A stretch of DNA of 34,049 nt, from assembly GCA_030145595.1 (NCBI GenBank), contig JAQYVG010000002.1:1-34049 (forward strand), given 5' to 3'. Under the pieces are notes generated by a model. It saw only the letters and a list, made by a program, of their open reading frames with translations. It was not told the origin of the DNA and ran no database searches. Each line of letters begins with the position of its first letter. Positions within the stretch are counted from its first letter, which is position 1. A program made the position numbers and the translations under genes. The stretch comes from Desulfobacterales bacterium (GTDB lineage Bacteria > Desulfobacterota > Desulfobacteria > Desulfobacterales > UBA11574). Below are positions 16,513 to 23,766 of this stretch, one piece after another.

Positions 16513-17625
16513 ATGATTATTGGAATTCTAAAAGAAATCAAAATCGAAGAACATCGTGTTGCCATGACCCCGGGCGGGGTGGAAGTAATGCAGCAAAACG
16601 GACATACGGTGCTGGTGGAAAAAAATGCCGGCAGGGACAGCGGGTTCACAAACGCCTCTTATGCCAAAGCCGGCGCTGAAATTGTAAATACGCCCGCTGA
16701 AATTTATAAACGCTGTGAAATGGTGATGCATGTCAAAGAACCCTTGCCTTCCGAATATGAGCTCATCAAAAAGAACCAGATCATATTCACCTATCTGCAC
16801 CTGGCGGCATTAGAAGAGCTGACAAAAGTGCTTATTAAAAGCGGCAGTATCAATATTGCCTATGAAACCATTCAAAAGGCCGACGGCTCTTTGCCGCTTT
16901 TGACCCCTATGAGCGAAGTGGCGGGACGCATGGCCATCCAGCAGGGAGCCAAGTATTTGGAAATGGCCCAAGGCGGCTCGGGTATTCTACTGGGAGGCGT
17001 TCCGGGAGTAAACCCCGGCACGGTGGTCATTATCGGCGGCGGGGTCGTTGGTACCCAGGCAGCCAAGATGGCTTGCGGGCTGGGTGCCAAGGTTTATGTG
17101 CTCGACACCAACCTTGAACGGTTGCGCTATTTGAGTGATATAATGCCCAGCAACTGCTTTTCTTTGATGTACGATCCGGCAATCCTTCGCGAACTGTTAA
17201 AAAAAGCTGATTTAGTCGTTGGGGCTGTTCTCATTGTCGGCGCCCAGGCACCCAAAATTATAACCCGCGATATGTTAAAAACCATGAAAAAAGGTGCCGT
17301 GATCGTGGATGTCGCCATCGATCAGGGCGGCTGCTTCGAAACCTCGCGGCCGACCACCCACAATGATCCGATTTATGACGTTGACGGGATTGTGCATTAC
17401 TGCGTGGCCAACATGCCGGGCGGTGTTGCCAAAACATCCACCCTGGCTCTTACCAATGCAACGTTACCGTATGTACTTGAAATTGCGGATAAAGGCTGGA
17501 AAAAAGCGTTCAGAGAAAACCCTGAAATCAAGCTGGGTGCCAATGTGGTCAAAGGTAAAGTTACTTTTAAAGGCGTTGCCGACGCCTTCGGCCTTAAATA
17601 TGTCCCCATCGACAGTTTATTGTAA
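16513..17625 (+). CDS. ald: Alanine dehydrogenase
   Basis: MIIGILKEIKIEEHRVAMTPGGV is a typical Ald N-terminus. NAD motif VVIIGGGVVGTQAA. About 370 aa. I use the internal ATG at 16513 because GGAGG lies 6 nt upstream. The 26-aa extension in the track (from 16435) has no SD. Confidence 0.92.
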   Translation: MIIGILKEIKIEEHRVAMTPGGVEVMQQNGHTVLVEKNAGRDSGFTNASYAKAGAEIVNTPAEIYKRCEMVMHVKEPLPSEYELIKKNQIIFTYLHLAALEELTKVLIKSGSINIAYETIQKADGSLPLLTPMSEVAGRMAIQQGAKYLEMAQGGSGILLGGVPGVNPGTVVIIGGGVVGTQAAKMACGLGAKVYVLDTNLERLRYLSDIMPSNCFSLMYDPAILRELLKKADLVVGAVLIVGAQAPKIITRDMLKTMKKGAVIVDVAIDQGGCFETSRPTTHNDPIYDVDGIVHYCVANMPGGVAKTSTLALTNATLPYVLEIADKGWKKAFRENPEIKLGANVVKGKVTFKGVADAFGLKYVPIDSLL

Positions 17626-17643
17626 TCACAGATACCGGATGCT

Positions 17644-17723
17644 GGTTGGAGCGTAGCGGAAATCCCGATTTATCGGGGATACTTGTTGGAATGAAGTGGA
17701 AACCCCGAGTCATTGGGGATACT
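17644..17723 (+). repeat. Family D: two tandem 40-nt units, each with a short GC hairpin, between ald and alr
   Basis: Unit 1 (17644-17683) is GGTTGGAGCGTAGCGGAAATCCCGATTTATCGGGGATACT. Unit 2 (17684-17723) is TGTTGGAATGAAGTGGAAACCCCGAGTCATTGGGGATACT, about 75% identical. The hairpins are CCCGA-TTTA-TCGGG and CCCCGA-GTCA-TTGGGG. These units are in reverse-complement orientation relative to the copy at 14326. Confidence 0.7.
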
Positions 17724-17747
17724 GGAAAAATAAAACAGAGGTGACCT

Positions 17748-18905
17748 TTGGATACGCCGCTTATATGGGCCGAAATTGATCTGAAAGCCATAGCGCAAAA
17801 CGTGCGTGCCTTACGTCGTATCACCAATTCTGAGGCCCGCTTGATGGCGGTTGTCAAAGCCAATGCATACGGACACGGAGTTATAGAGGTTGCCCGACGG
17901 GCTTTAGAGAGCGGCGCGGATGTTCTGGGCGTGGCCCGCTTAAACGAAGGGATTGCGCTCAGAAAAGCAGGCTTTGATGCGCCGACTCTGATTTTCGGCT
18001 ATACTCCGCCTGCGCTTACCAAAAAGCTGCTCGAATTTGATCTGACTCAAACGGTCTGGTCGTATCAAACCGCTGCGGCACTTTCAGCAGCGGTTGCAGC
18101 GCGTAAAGCACTGAAGGTGCACCTTAAAGTCGATTCCGGCATGGGAAGACTCGGCCTGCTGCCGGACTGCTGCAGACTGCCGGCGCTGGATGCAAATTCA
18201 CCAGCAAAGGCCCTCGGAGAAGTTGAAGCGATCGCATCTCTTGCGGGGCTCCGGTTAGAAGGCGTCTACACACATTTTGCCGCGGCCGATAGCACTGACA
18301 AGTCATATACCAGCAAGCAGTTTGAAATATTTGCAGAATTTTTAGATGAAATCCGTAAAGCCGGTCTGGATATCCCCGTATGCCACGCTGCCAACAGCGC
18401 AGCAATTATCGACCTGCCTGAAACTCACCTTGACATGGTGCGCGCCGGCATCTCAATCTATGGACTCTATCCCTCTGATGAAGTTGACAAGGATCGTATT
18501 GCACTGCAGCCGGCCATGACTCTAAAATCCAGAGTGGTGCACCTGAAAAAGGTCCCTGCCGGCTTCAAGGTCAGCTATGGCATGACTCACGAAACCTCAA
18601 AGCCCACAACCATAGCCTCGGTACCGGTCGGTTATGCCGACGGCTTCAGCCGGCTGCTTTCTTCCCGGGGCCATATGCTGGTCGGTGGACGCCGGGCGCC
18701 CATCGTCGGCCGGGTTTGTATGGATACGACCATGCTGGATGTAGGGCATGTCCCTGGCATCGATCTTGAGGACGAGGTGGTAATCTTCGGTCGGCAGCAG
18801 GATGCATCCATTACCGCAGATGAAATTGCCGCATCCCTCAATACCATCAATTACGAAATCGTATCCTCCTTAACCGCCCGCATACCCAGAGTTTATCTAC
18901 AATAA
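17748..18905 (+). CDS. alr: Alanine racemase (PLP-dependent)
   Basis: PLP-lysine motif AVVKANAYGHG. C-terminal VGRVCMD motif. 385 aa. TTG start as given by the track. Confidence 0.92.
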   Translation: MDTPLIWAEIDLKAIAQNVRALRRITNSEARLMAVVKANAYGHGVIEVARRALESGADVLGVARLNEGIALRKAGFDAPTLIFGYTPPALTKKLLEFDLTQTVWSYQTAAALSAAVAARKALKVHLKVDSGMGRLGLLPDCCRLPALDANSPAKALGEVEAIASLAGLRLEGVYTHFAAADSTDKSYTSKQFEIFAEFLDEIRKAGLDIPVCHAANSAAIIDLPETHLDMVRAGISIYGLYPSDEVDKDRIALQPAMTLKSRVVHLKKVPAGFKVSYGMTHETSKPTTIASVPVGYADGFSRLLSSRGHMLVGGRRAPIVGRVCMDTTMLDVGHVPGIDLEDEVVIFGRQQDASITADEIAASLNTINYEIVSSLTARIPRVYLQ

Positions 18906-18908
18906 CCC

Positions 18909-18928
18909 GGATTTCTCATTAGAAATTC
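18909..18928. terminator. AT-rich hairpin between convergent alr and tupC (possible bidirectional terminator)
   Basis: GGATTTCT-CATT-AGAAATTC has a 6-8 bp stem and overlaps the tupC stop codon. It is the only structure in the 21-nt convergent spacer. The stem is weak, so confidence is low. Confidence 0.3.
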
Positions 18929-19610
18929 AACTTTTCATGAAGAATTTCTCGCCGGCATCATCGAAAAGTTTTCCGTGATTTAGCAACAAGGTGTGATGAG
19001 CCAAAGAATCGACCTGATAACGGTCATGGGTTGTAAAAATGATCGTTATTTTTTTTTGGTCATTTACCTGCCGCAAAATGTTTATTATCGCTACCTGGTT
19101 TTCCACATCGACGCTTGAAGTGGGTTCGTCGCATAAAAGGACTTCAGGATTAACCGCCAGTGCCCGGGCAATCGCTACCCGCTGTGTTTCGCCACCGGAG
19201 AGCCGATGTGCCGGCGCCTGAGCCAGATGCTGCATTCCCACCAGTTCAAGCGACTCTTTGATAATGCGATCTCTTTCTTTTTGAGGTATTTGTCTTACTT
19301 TAAGGCCAAATTCCAGGTTCTTGTGGACCGTCGTTGTAAAGAGGATGGGGTGCTGTTCTACCATTACCACTGACTTGCGCAGGGGTTGCAGGCACAGTTC
19401 GGTAAATTGGATTGGTTGCAGGCAGTAATAGATGTTTCCCGTTGTGGGCGGATCAAGAAAACTGAGAATGTTCAAAAGGGTGGTTTTCCCGGCGCCGTTA
19501 TGTCCCAGCAGGGCGTAAATCCGTCCTTTTGTTATTTCCAAAAGCGGGATATCAAGGACAGTCCTGGTTGCGTAGACCTTGGTGAGTTTTGAAATTTTAT
19601 AAACCTTCAA
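18927..19610 (-). CDS. tupC: ABC transporter ATP-binding protein, tungstate uptake (TupC-like)
   Basis: Walker A GHNGAGKTT. Signature LSGGETQRV. Walker B LLCDEPTS. 4-nt overlap (ATGA) with the upstream permease gene. The assignment comes from operon context with tupA. Confidence 0.7.
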   Translation of the reverse strand: MKVYKISKLTKVYATRTVLDIPLLEITKGRIYALLGHNGAGKTTLLNILSFLDPPTTGNIYYCLQPIQFTELCLQPLRKSVVMVEQHPILFTTTVHKNLEFGLKVRQIPQKERDRIIKESLELVGMQHLAQAPAHRLSGGETQRVAIARALAVNPEVLLCDEPTSSVDVENQVAIINILRQVNDQKKITIIFTTHDRYQVDSLAHHTLLLNHGKLFDDAGEKFFMKS

Positions 19611-20302
19611 ATCCTGGTTTTTCCCTGAAAAAAATGGAACATAAGATTAATCGTAAAACTTAGGCCCAGCAGGATAATTCCCAGTGCCACGGCCAGTGCA
19701 AACTGCCCTTTGTCGTATTCTAAGGCCATAGCCGTGGTCATGGTGCGGGTAAATCCCCTGGCATTTCCTCCCAGCATCATGCTGATACCAACCTCGGCAA
19801 TTACCCGGCCGAAAGCGGCGATAACCGCGGCAACAATTCCGAAACGCGCCTCTCTTAAAATCACAAAGGCGGTTTGCCGGCGATTGGCGCCCAAGGTTAT
19901 GGCGGTTTTCCGATAGCGCTCATCGATTCTGCTGATGGCGGCAATGGTAAACGTCGCTACAATCGGCAGGATCAATATGGTCTGCCCGATGATCATGGCT
20001 TTTTGGGTATAGAGCAGATCAAACGGACCGAGAATGCCCCGGCGTGAAATAAACGCATAAACAAAAAGGCCGATAACAACTGTTGGGAGCGCCAGCAGGG
20101 TATTCAAACAGGTAATCACCATACGTTTGCCCGCAAAAGATTCAAAAGCAATAAAAAACCCCAAAGGTATGCCCATCAAGCTGGCTATCACCGTTGAGGT
20201 GCCGCTCACCTTTAATGAAACCGCCACAATAGAGACTATCTCCGGGTCAAAAGAAGCGACCAGCAGAAGCGCTGAAAAAAAACTGTCAGCCAGAAGATCC
20301 AT
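19607..20302 (-). CDS. tupB: ABC transporter permease, tungstate uptake (TupB-like)
   Basis: 231-aa membrane protein. The C-terminal segment GRVIAEVGISMMLGGNARGFTRTMTTAMALEYDKGQFALAVALGIILL matches the TupB pattern I recall (GGN..TR..TTA..LE..KG.F..A.ALG). Confidence 0.75.
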   Translation of the reverse strand: MDLLADSFFSALLLVASFDPEIVSIVAVSLKVSGTSTVIASLMGIPLGFFIAFESFAGKRMVITCLNTLLALPTVVIGLFVYAFISRRGILGPFDLLYTQKAMIIGQTILILPIVATFTIAAISRIDERYRKTAITLGANRRQTAFVILREARFGIVAAVIAAFGRVIAEVGISMMLGGNARGFTRTMTTAMALEYDKGQFALAVALGIILLGLSFTINLMFHFFQGKTRI

Positions 20303-20338
20303 AGTTTATTGTATTATTAGTAAAAATAGGATTTGGAA

Positions 20339-20372
20339 GCTCCCCGCAGCCCCACGGAAGCGGGGCAGCAGC
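20339..20372. repeat. GC-rich hairpin (family D-like) between the regulator gene and tupB
   Basis: GCTCCCCGCAGCCCCACGGAAGCGGGGCAGCAGC contains a GCCCC/GGGGC stem of 5 bp, or alternatively CCCCGC/GCGGGG. There is no adjacent U-tract on the minus strand. Confidence 0.35.
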
Positions 20373-20401
20373 AGGACGGAAGATACACACGCTGTAATGA
20401 T

Positions 20402-21328
20402 TCATGATACCTGTCGGCTGTTGCTCCCGGGATAAATCATTTTCCCTGAAAGCTTAACATCGTATCCTGCTTTATCCTGAATCAGATTCCTGAAGACGTC
20501 TTCCTGGAGCAGTCCGAGAAAGCGCTGAATCCCCTCATCGAAGAATCGCTCCTTGGATATCATCAGATCGTATCGCTCCCAGCGCAGCGGAACGAACCCG
20601 ATATTCAGCAGTTCGGCCACCGCCCGTATTCCCGGGCCGGCATCCGCACGGCCTGCAAGAATTTCAAGGCCTACATCCAAGTGCCGATGAACGTCGCGAT
20701 GATACCCTTTGATCTTTTCACCGTTAATCCCGGCTTTTTTGAATTCTCGGTCTAACAGCAGCCGAGTACCGGTGCCAAGCGGTCGGTTGATGATACGCAG
20801 CCCCGGACGAGCAAGGTCAGCAACACTGGAAATACCATCAAGATTGCCCTTCTTCACCAGAATGCCTTGCTCACGCTTGCAGAAGTTGACCATCACCGGC
20901 ATGGCATCGAGCTCCTGGGTGGCAAAATCAAAGTTGTATTCGGCTTCATCGTCCTGGAGCAGGTGGCTGGATGCAATGTGACAAAGGTTCTGTCTTAAGG
21001 CCTTTAAGCCTCCCATACTTCCCAGGTTGCCAAATACCGCCACATGATCTGAATAAAAGGTATTAAAAAGGTTTATGGCCCTGTCTAAAAGAGGATCATT
21101 GCTGCCGGCGATTATCAGCAGGCCGTGGTAAGGCGGTAACTGAAAAGCTGCATCAGGGTAATTGATGGTATTGGTCTCGATCCACTGCTCCACCAGATGC
21201 TGCGGAAAAATCCACTTGCCCGTAACCTTTGTGGCAGGCAGGCCCTTTTCGGAAATCAGAGTGTACACCATCTTTTCATTTATACTTAAAAGCCGTGCCA
21301 CTTCTTTTGTAGACAAAAATGCTTTCAT
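20402..21328 (-). CDS. TunR-like regulator: excisionase/MerR-type HTH fused to a periplasmic-binding-protein-like (molybdate/tungstate-binding) domain
   Basis: N-terminus LSTKEVARLLSINEKMVYTLISEKGLPATKVTGKWIFPQHLVEQWIE is an HTH_17/excisionase-type domain. The remainder is PBP-like. The gene is embedded in the tup operon, as described for the tungstate-responsive TunR family of sulfate reducers. Confidence 0.65.
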   Translation of the reverse strand: MKAFLSTKEVARLLSINEKMVYTLISEKGLPATKVTGKWIFPQHLVEQWIETNTINYPDAAFQLPPYHGLLIIAGSNDPLLDRAINLFNTFYSDHVAVFGNLGSMGGLKALRQNLCHIASSHLLQDDEAEYNFDFATQELDAMPVMVNFCKREQGILVKKGNLDGISSVADLARPGLRIINRPLGTGTRLLLDREFKKAGINGEKIKGYHRDVHRHLDVGLEILAGRADAGPGIRAVAELLNIGFVPLRWERYDLMISKERFFDEGIQRFLGLLQEDVFRNLIQDKAGYDVKLSGKMIYPGSNSRQVS

Positions 21329-21428
21329 TTTTTTCTTGTTTGGTTTTATGGTAAACGAGGTTTATACATATTTTTTATGTCATTATTTGTCAATATAATA
21401 TTATTTATCAATTTAATGTGATTTATAA

Positions 21429-21441
21429 CAACCAAAACAAA
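21429..21441 (-). promoter_or_regulatory. Shared 13-mer CAACCAAAACAAA (candidate operator), copy upstream of the regulator gene
   Basis: An identical 13-mer occurs at 22573-22585 upstream of tupA. A degenerate inverted copy (CTTGTTTGGTTTT, 21335-21347) lies on the other side of the AT-rich spacer. Function is not shown. Confidence 0.25.
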
Positions 21442-21490
21442 CTATCATTCTTTACGCCCGCTGTTACGCACGCTTGCCATCTTTTTGATG

Positions 21491-22408
21491 TTAGTCTATC
21501 GCATCCGGATAAAAAAGCTGTTTTCCTAACAGTCGATAATTTAAAATAAGGGACTGCCCCTTGGCGGAAATCAGCCAGTTGGCGAACTGCTCCGCCGGCT
21601 TGTGCAGCACATGCGGATGCTTGGCCGGGTTTATCGGAATCACGCCGTAGGGGTTGCTCAGAATGGGATCGCTTTCACATAAAACTTCAAGATCGAGGCC
21701 GGCAGCGCGGCCATACTTGTATTTGATATACGTTCCTCGATCCGCCAGGGTGTAGGCCCTTTTTTCATCTGCAAAGGTGATAGTTTTGCCCATACCTTGC
21801 CCAATGGAAAGATACCATGTTTTAGACCCCTTTGGTTGCACAAAACCGACGGTCCTTTTTTTCCCTTTCTTAACGATGGTGCTTTCTTTTGTTTCCAGGT
21901 TCAGGCCGCTTGCCTTCCACAAAGCTTGCTCTTTGGTATGCGTCCCGCTATCATCCCCACGGGAGACAAACAAGGCTTTGGCAGCGACGATTTTTTTCAG
22001 GGCAGCCGCTGCCTGGTTCAGGCCGTCAATGCCGGCCGGATCACCAGAAGGTCCTAGAATAACAAAATCGTTGTGCATCACGGCATAACGCTTGGTTCCA
22101 TACCCGTCCCGGATAAATTTATCTTCCCTGGCCCTGGCATGCACAAAGATCACATCTACGTTGCCGTCAATTCCATCGCGAATGGCAGCCCCGGTTCCCT
22201 TGGCAAATACCTTGACGCGGATGCCGGTCTCTTTAGTGAATTCCGGTAACAGGACATTTAGCAGTCCGGAGCTCTCGGTGCTTGTTGTTGTAGACATTTT
22301 AATTGTCTCTAATTCTCCTTGGGCCTTAAAGGGAAACAGCAAAAGGACGAGGAAAAAAAGAACCGCAGGGCTAATCCATTTGTTCAAACCTTTACATTTT
22401 TGCTCCAT
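21491..22408 (-). CDS. tupA: Tungstate ABC transporter substrate-binding protein
   Basis: Signal peptide followed by the TupA signature TTTSTESSGLL. I use the ATG at 22408 (MEQKCKG...) because GGAGG lies 4-5 nt upstream. The first ATG of the track ORF (22420) lies inside that SD. Confidence 0.85.
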   Translation of the reverse strand: MEQKCKGLNKWISPAVLFFLVLLLFPFKAQGELETIKMSTTTSTESSGLLNVLLPEFTKETGIRVKVFAKGTGAAIRDGIDGNVDVIFVHARAREDKFIRDGYGTKRYAVMHNDFVILGPSGDPAGIDGLNQAAAALKKIVAAKALFVSRGDDSGTHTKEQALWKASGLNLETKESTIVKKGKKRTVGFVQPKGSKTWYLSIGQGMGKTITFADEKRAYTLADRGTYIKYKYGRAAGLDLEVLCESDPILSNPYGVIPINPAKHPHVLHKPAEQFANWLISAKGQSLILNYRLLGKQLFYPDAID

Positions 22409-22465
22409 GCACACCTCCATTTTAGTCTCTAGCAGTTTCCATACATAGGTTCCGAGTGAATCACT

Positions 22466-22510
22466 GCGGGGTAATGTCCGTTGACGATACTATTGTCATC
22501 AAGCACCATA
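22466..22510 (+). repeat. Family B-related fragment B3
   Basis: GCGGGGTAATGTCCGTTGA is shared with the left ends of B1 and B2 (17 nt), followed by diverged heptad-like words (CGATACT ATTGTCA) and AAGCACCAT as in the B1 centre. Confidence 0.45.
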
Positions 22511-22572
22511 TTAATGTTTTGCGTGCTTGCAATACTTTATAAGTTTATATGGGTCAATAATTGATTTTGCTT

Positions 22573-22585
22573 CAACCAAAACAAA
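22573..22585 (-). promoter_or_regulatory. Shared 13-mer CAACCAAAACAAA, copy upstream of tupA
   Basis: Exact match to 21429-21441. Lies 165-177 nt upstream of the tupA start. Confidence 0.25.
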
Positions 22586-22724
22586 GCTTATGCGAACCCA
22601 TAACAACTCATAACAACCCTATTTCTGGAAAAAGTTCTGCAGGGAAGGAAGTTTTTGCGAAAGATGAGGAGGCACAGAGGTGATAGTACCCGTATTTGCA
22701 GATTCATCCCATGAATAATTCGGG

Positions 22725-23546
22725 CTAAATTATTCCGGCTTCGCGCAGGAATAATTCCACATCTTGCCAGAAGACGTCCCAATTGGGAGGGCAGTCGTTG
22801 TGTCCGCTTTCATAGGTTACCATTGTGCCTTTTTTGGCCGTCTGATAGAGGGACAGGCCATGTCGGTAGGGAATGACTTCGTCGAACTTGCCATGCATAA
22901 CCAGAATCGGTCCGGGATAGTTTTTAACGGCTTGAAGATTTTCGAACGGATCCCTGACCAGAAAAGCGGGGGCCAGATATTTCGCGGCAAAGGAACGGGC
23001 GCTGATAAATGTCGACATCAGGATGAGCGCTGCCGACGGCCGTTGAGCGGCCAGGGCGCACACCGCACCCCCGCCAAGGGAACGACCGAACAGAACGATT
23101 CTGGAAGCATCAACATCTTTACGTGCAGCCAGAACGTCATAGGCGGCAGCAAAGGTTTCTTCAATACTACTTTGGGAAGGCGACCCTTCCGATCGACCGT
23201 AACCGGGGTATTCCACAAGCAGGGCCCCCATTCCAAGGCGATTGAATGTTTGTAGTTCTTGCGGCCAAAAGTCGATTAGTTCCCCGTTCCCGTGTGCAAA
23301 AATCACCGCTGGGGCCGGTTTTGATCCGCGGTCTGCGTCCGGCGCCAAAAACCATGTTTCAACCTTCCCAAAACTCGTAGCCACCCAAATTCGCTCCAGG
23401 CCGGCAATGTCCGTCTTTTCTGCAGGCACCTCAATCAAACCACGAGGGAACATCATCTGCCGCTGCATCAAAAAAAGCAGGCCGCAGTAAGCAAGGTACA
23501 AACCCAAGGGCCATGCAACAACTTTAATGATGACATTCAATTTCAT
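22725..23546 (-). CDS. Alpha/beta-fold hydrolase with N-terminal membrane anchor
   Basis: 273 aa. N-terminal TM segment. Nucleophile elbow GRSLGG (GxSxG). HG oxyanion motif IFAHGNG. C-terminal SGHND supplies the catalytic His context. SD TAGGAG. Confidence 0.8.
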   Translation of the reverse strand: MKLNVIIKVVAWPLGLYLAYCGLLFLMQRQMMFPRGLIEVPAEKTDIAGLERIWVATSFGKVETWFLAPDADRGSKPAPAVIFAHGNGELIDFWPQELQTFNRLGMGALLVEYPGYGRSEGSPSQSSIEETFAAAYDVLAARKDVDASRIVLFGRSLGGGAVCALAAQRPSAALILMSTFISARSFAAKYLAPAFLVRDPFENLQAVKNYPGPILVMHGKFDEVIPYRHGLSLYQTAKKGTMVTYESGHNDCPPNWDVFWQDVELFLREAGII

Positions 23547-23645
23547 ACTCCTAATGTCCGATTTTTATTACCTCAATTTTGTACTTGATTTATAAGTCTT
23601 CAGCCAAAGCGTTATCATAACGCCGGATAAATCGAGTTATATTTA

Positions 23646-23676
23646 CAACTGACAACGGACAACAAACAACTGACAC
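23646..23676 (-). repeat. Heptad array (minus-strand reading: TGTCAGT TGTTTGT TGTCCGT TGTCAGT TG)
   Basis: Direct reading of CAACTGACAACGGACAACAAACAACTGACAC shows a 7-nt period. Located ~100-130 nt upstream of the hydrolase start and directly abutting family C. Confidence 0.6.
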
Positions 23677-23705
23677 ATTGAGTTTTAACTTAATGAGGGT
23701 ATAAT
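23671..23705 (+). promoter_or_regulatory. Family C copy C1: palindrome ATTGAGTTTTAACTTAAT plus a near-consensus sigma70 promoter (TTGAGT-N16-TATAAT) on the + strand
   Basis: -35 at 23678-23683, 16-nt spacer, -10 TATAAT at 23700-23705. The 35-nt block TGACACATTGAGTTTTAACT[T/C]AAT[G/T]AGG[G/T]T[A/T]TA recurs at 31306-31340. No + strand gene follows; it points into the 3' end of the minus-strand kinase gene. Confidence 0.45.
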
Positions 23706-23766
23706 ATATTAATTGTGTAAAAAAACATAGAGGAGAATTTCAGGTTGTTTCTGAAACCATTAAGGT

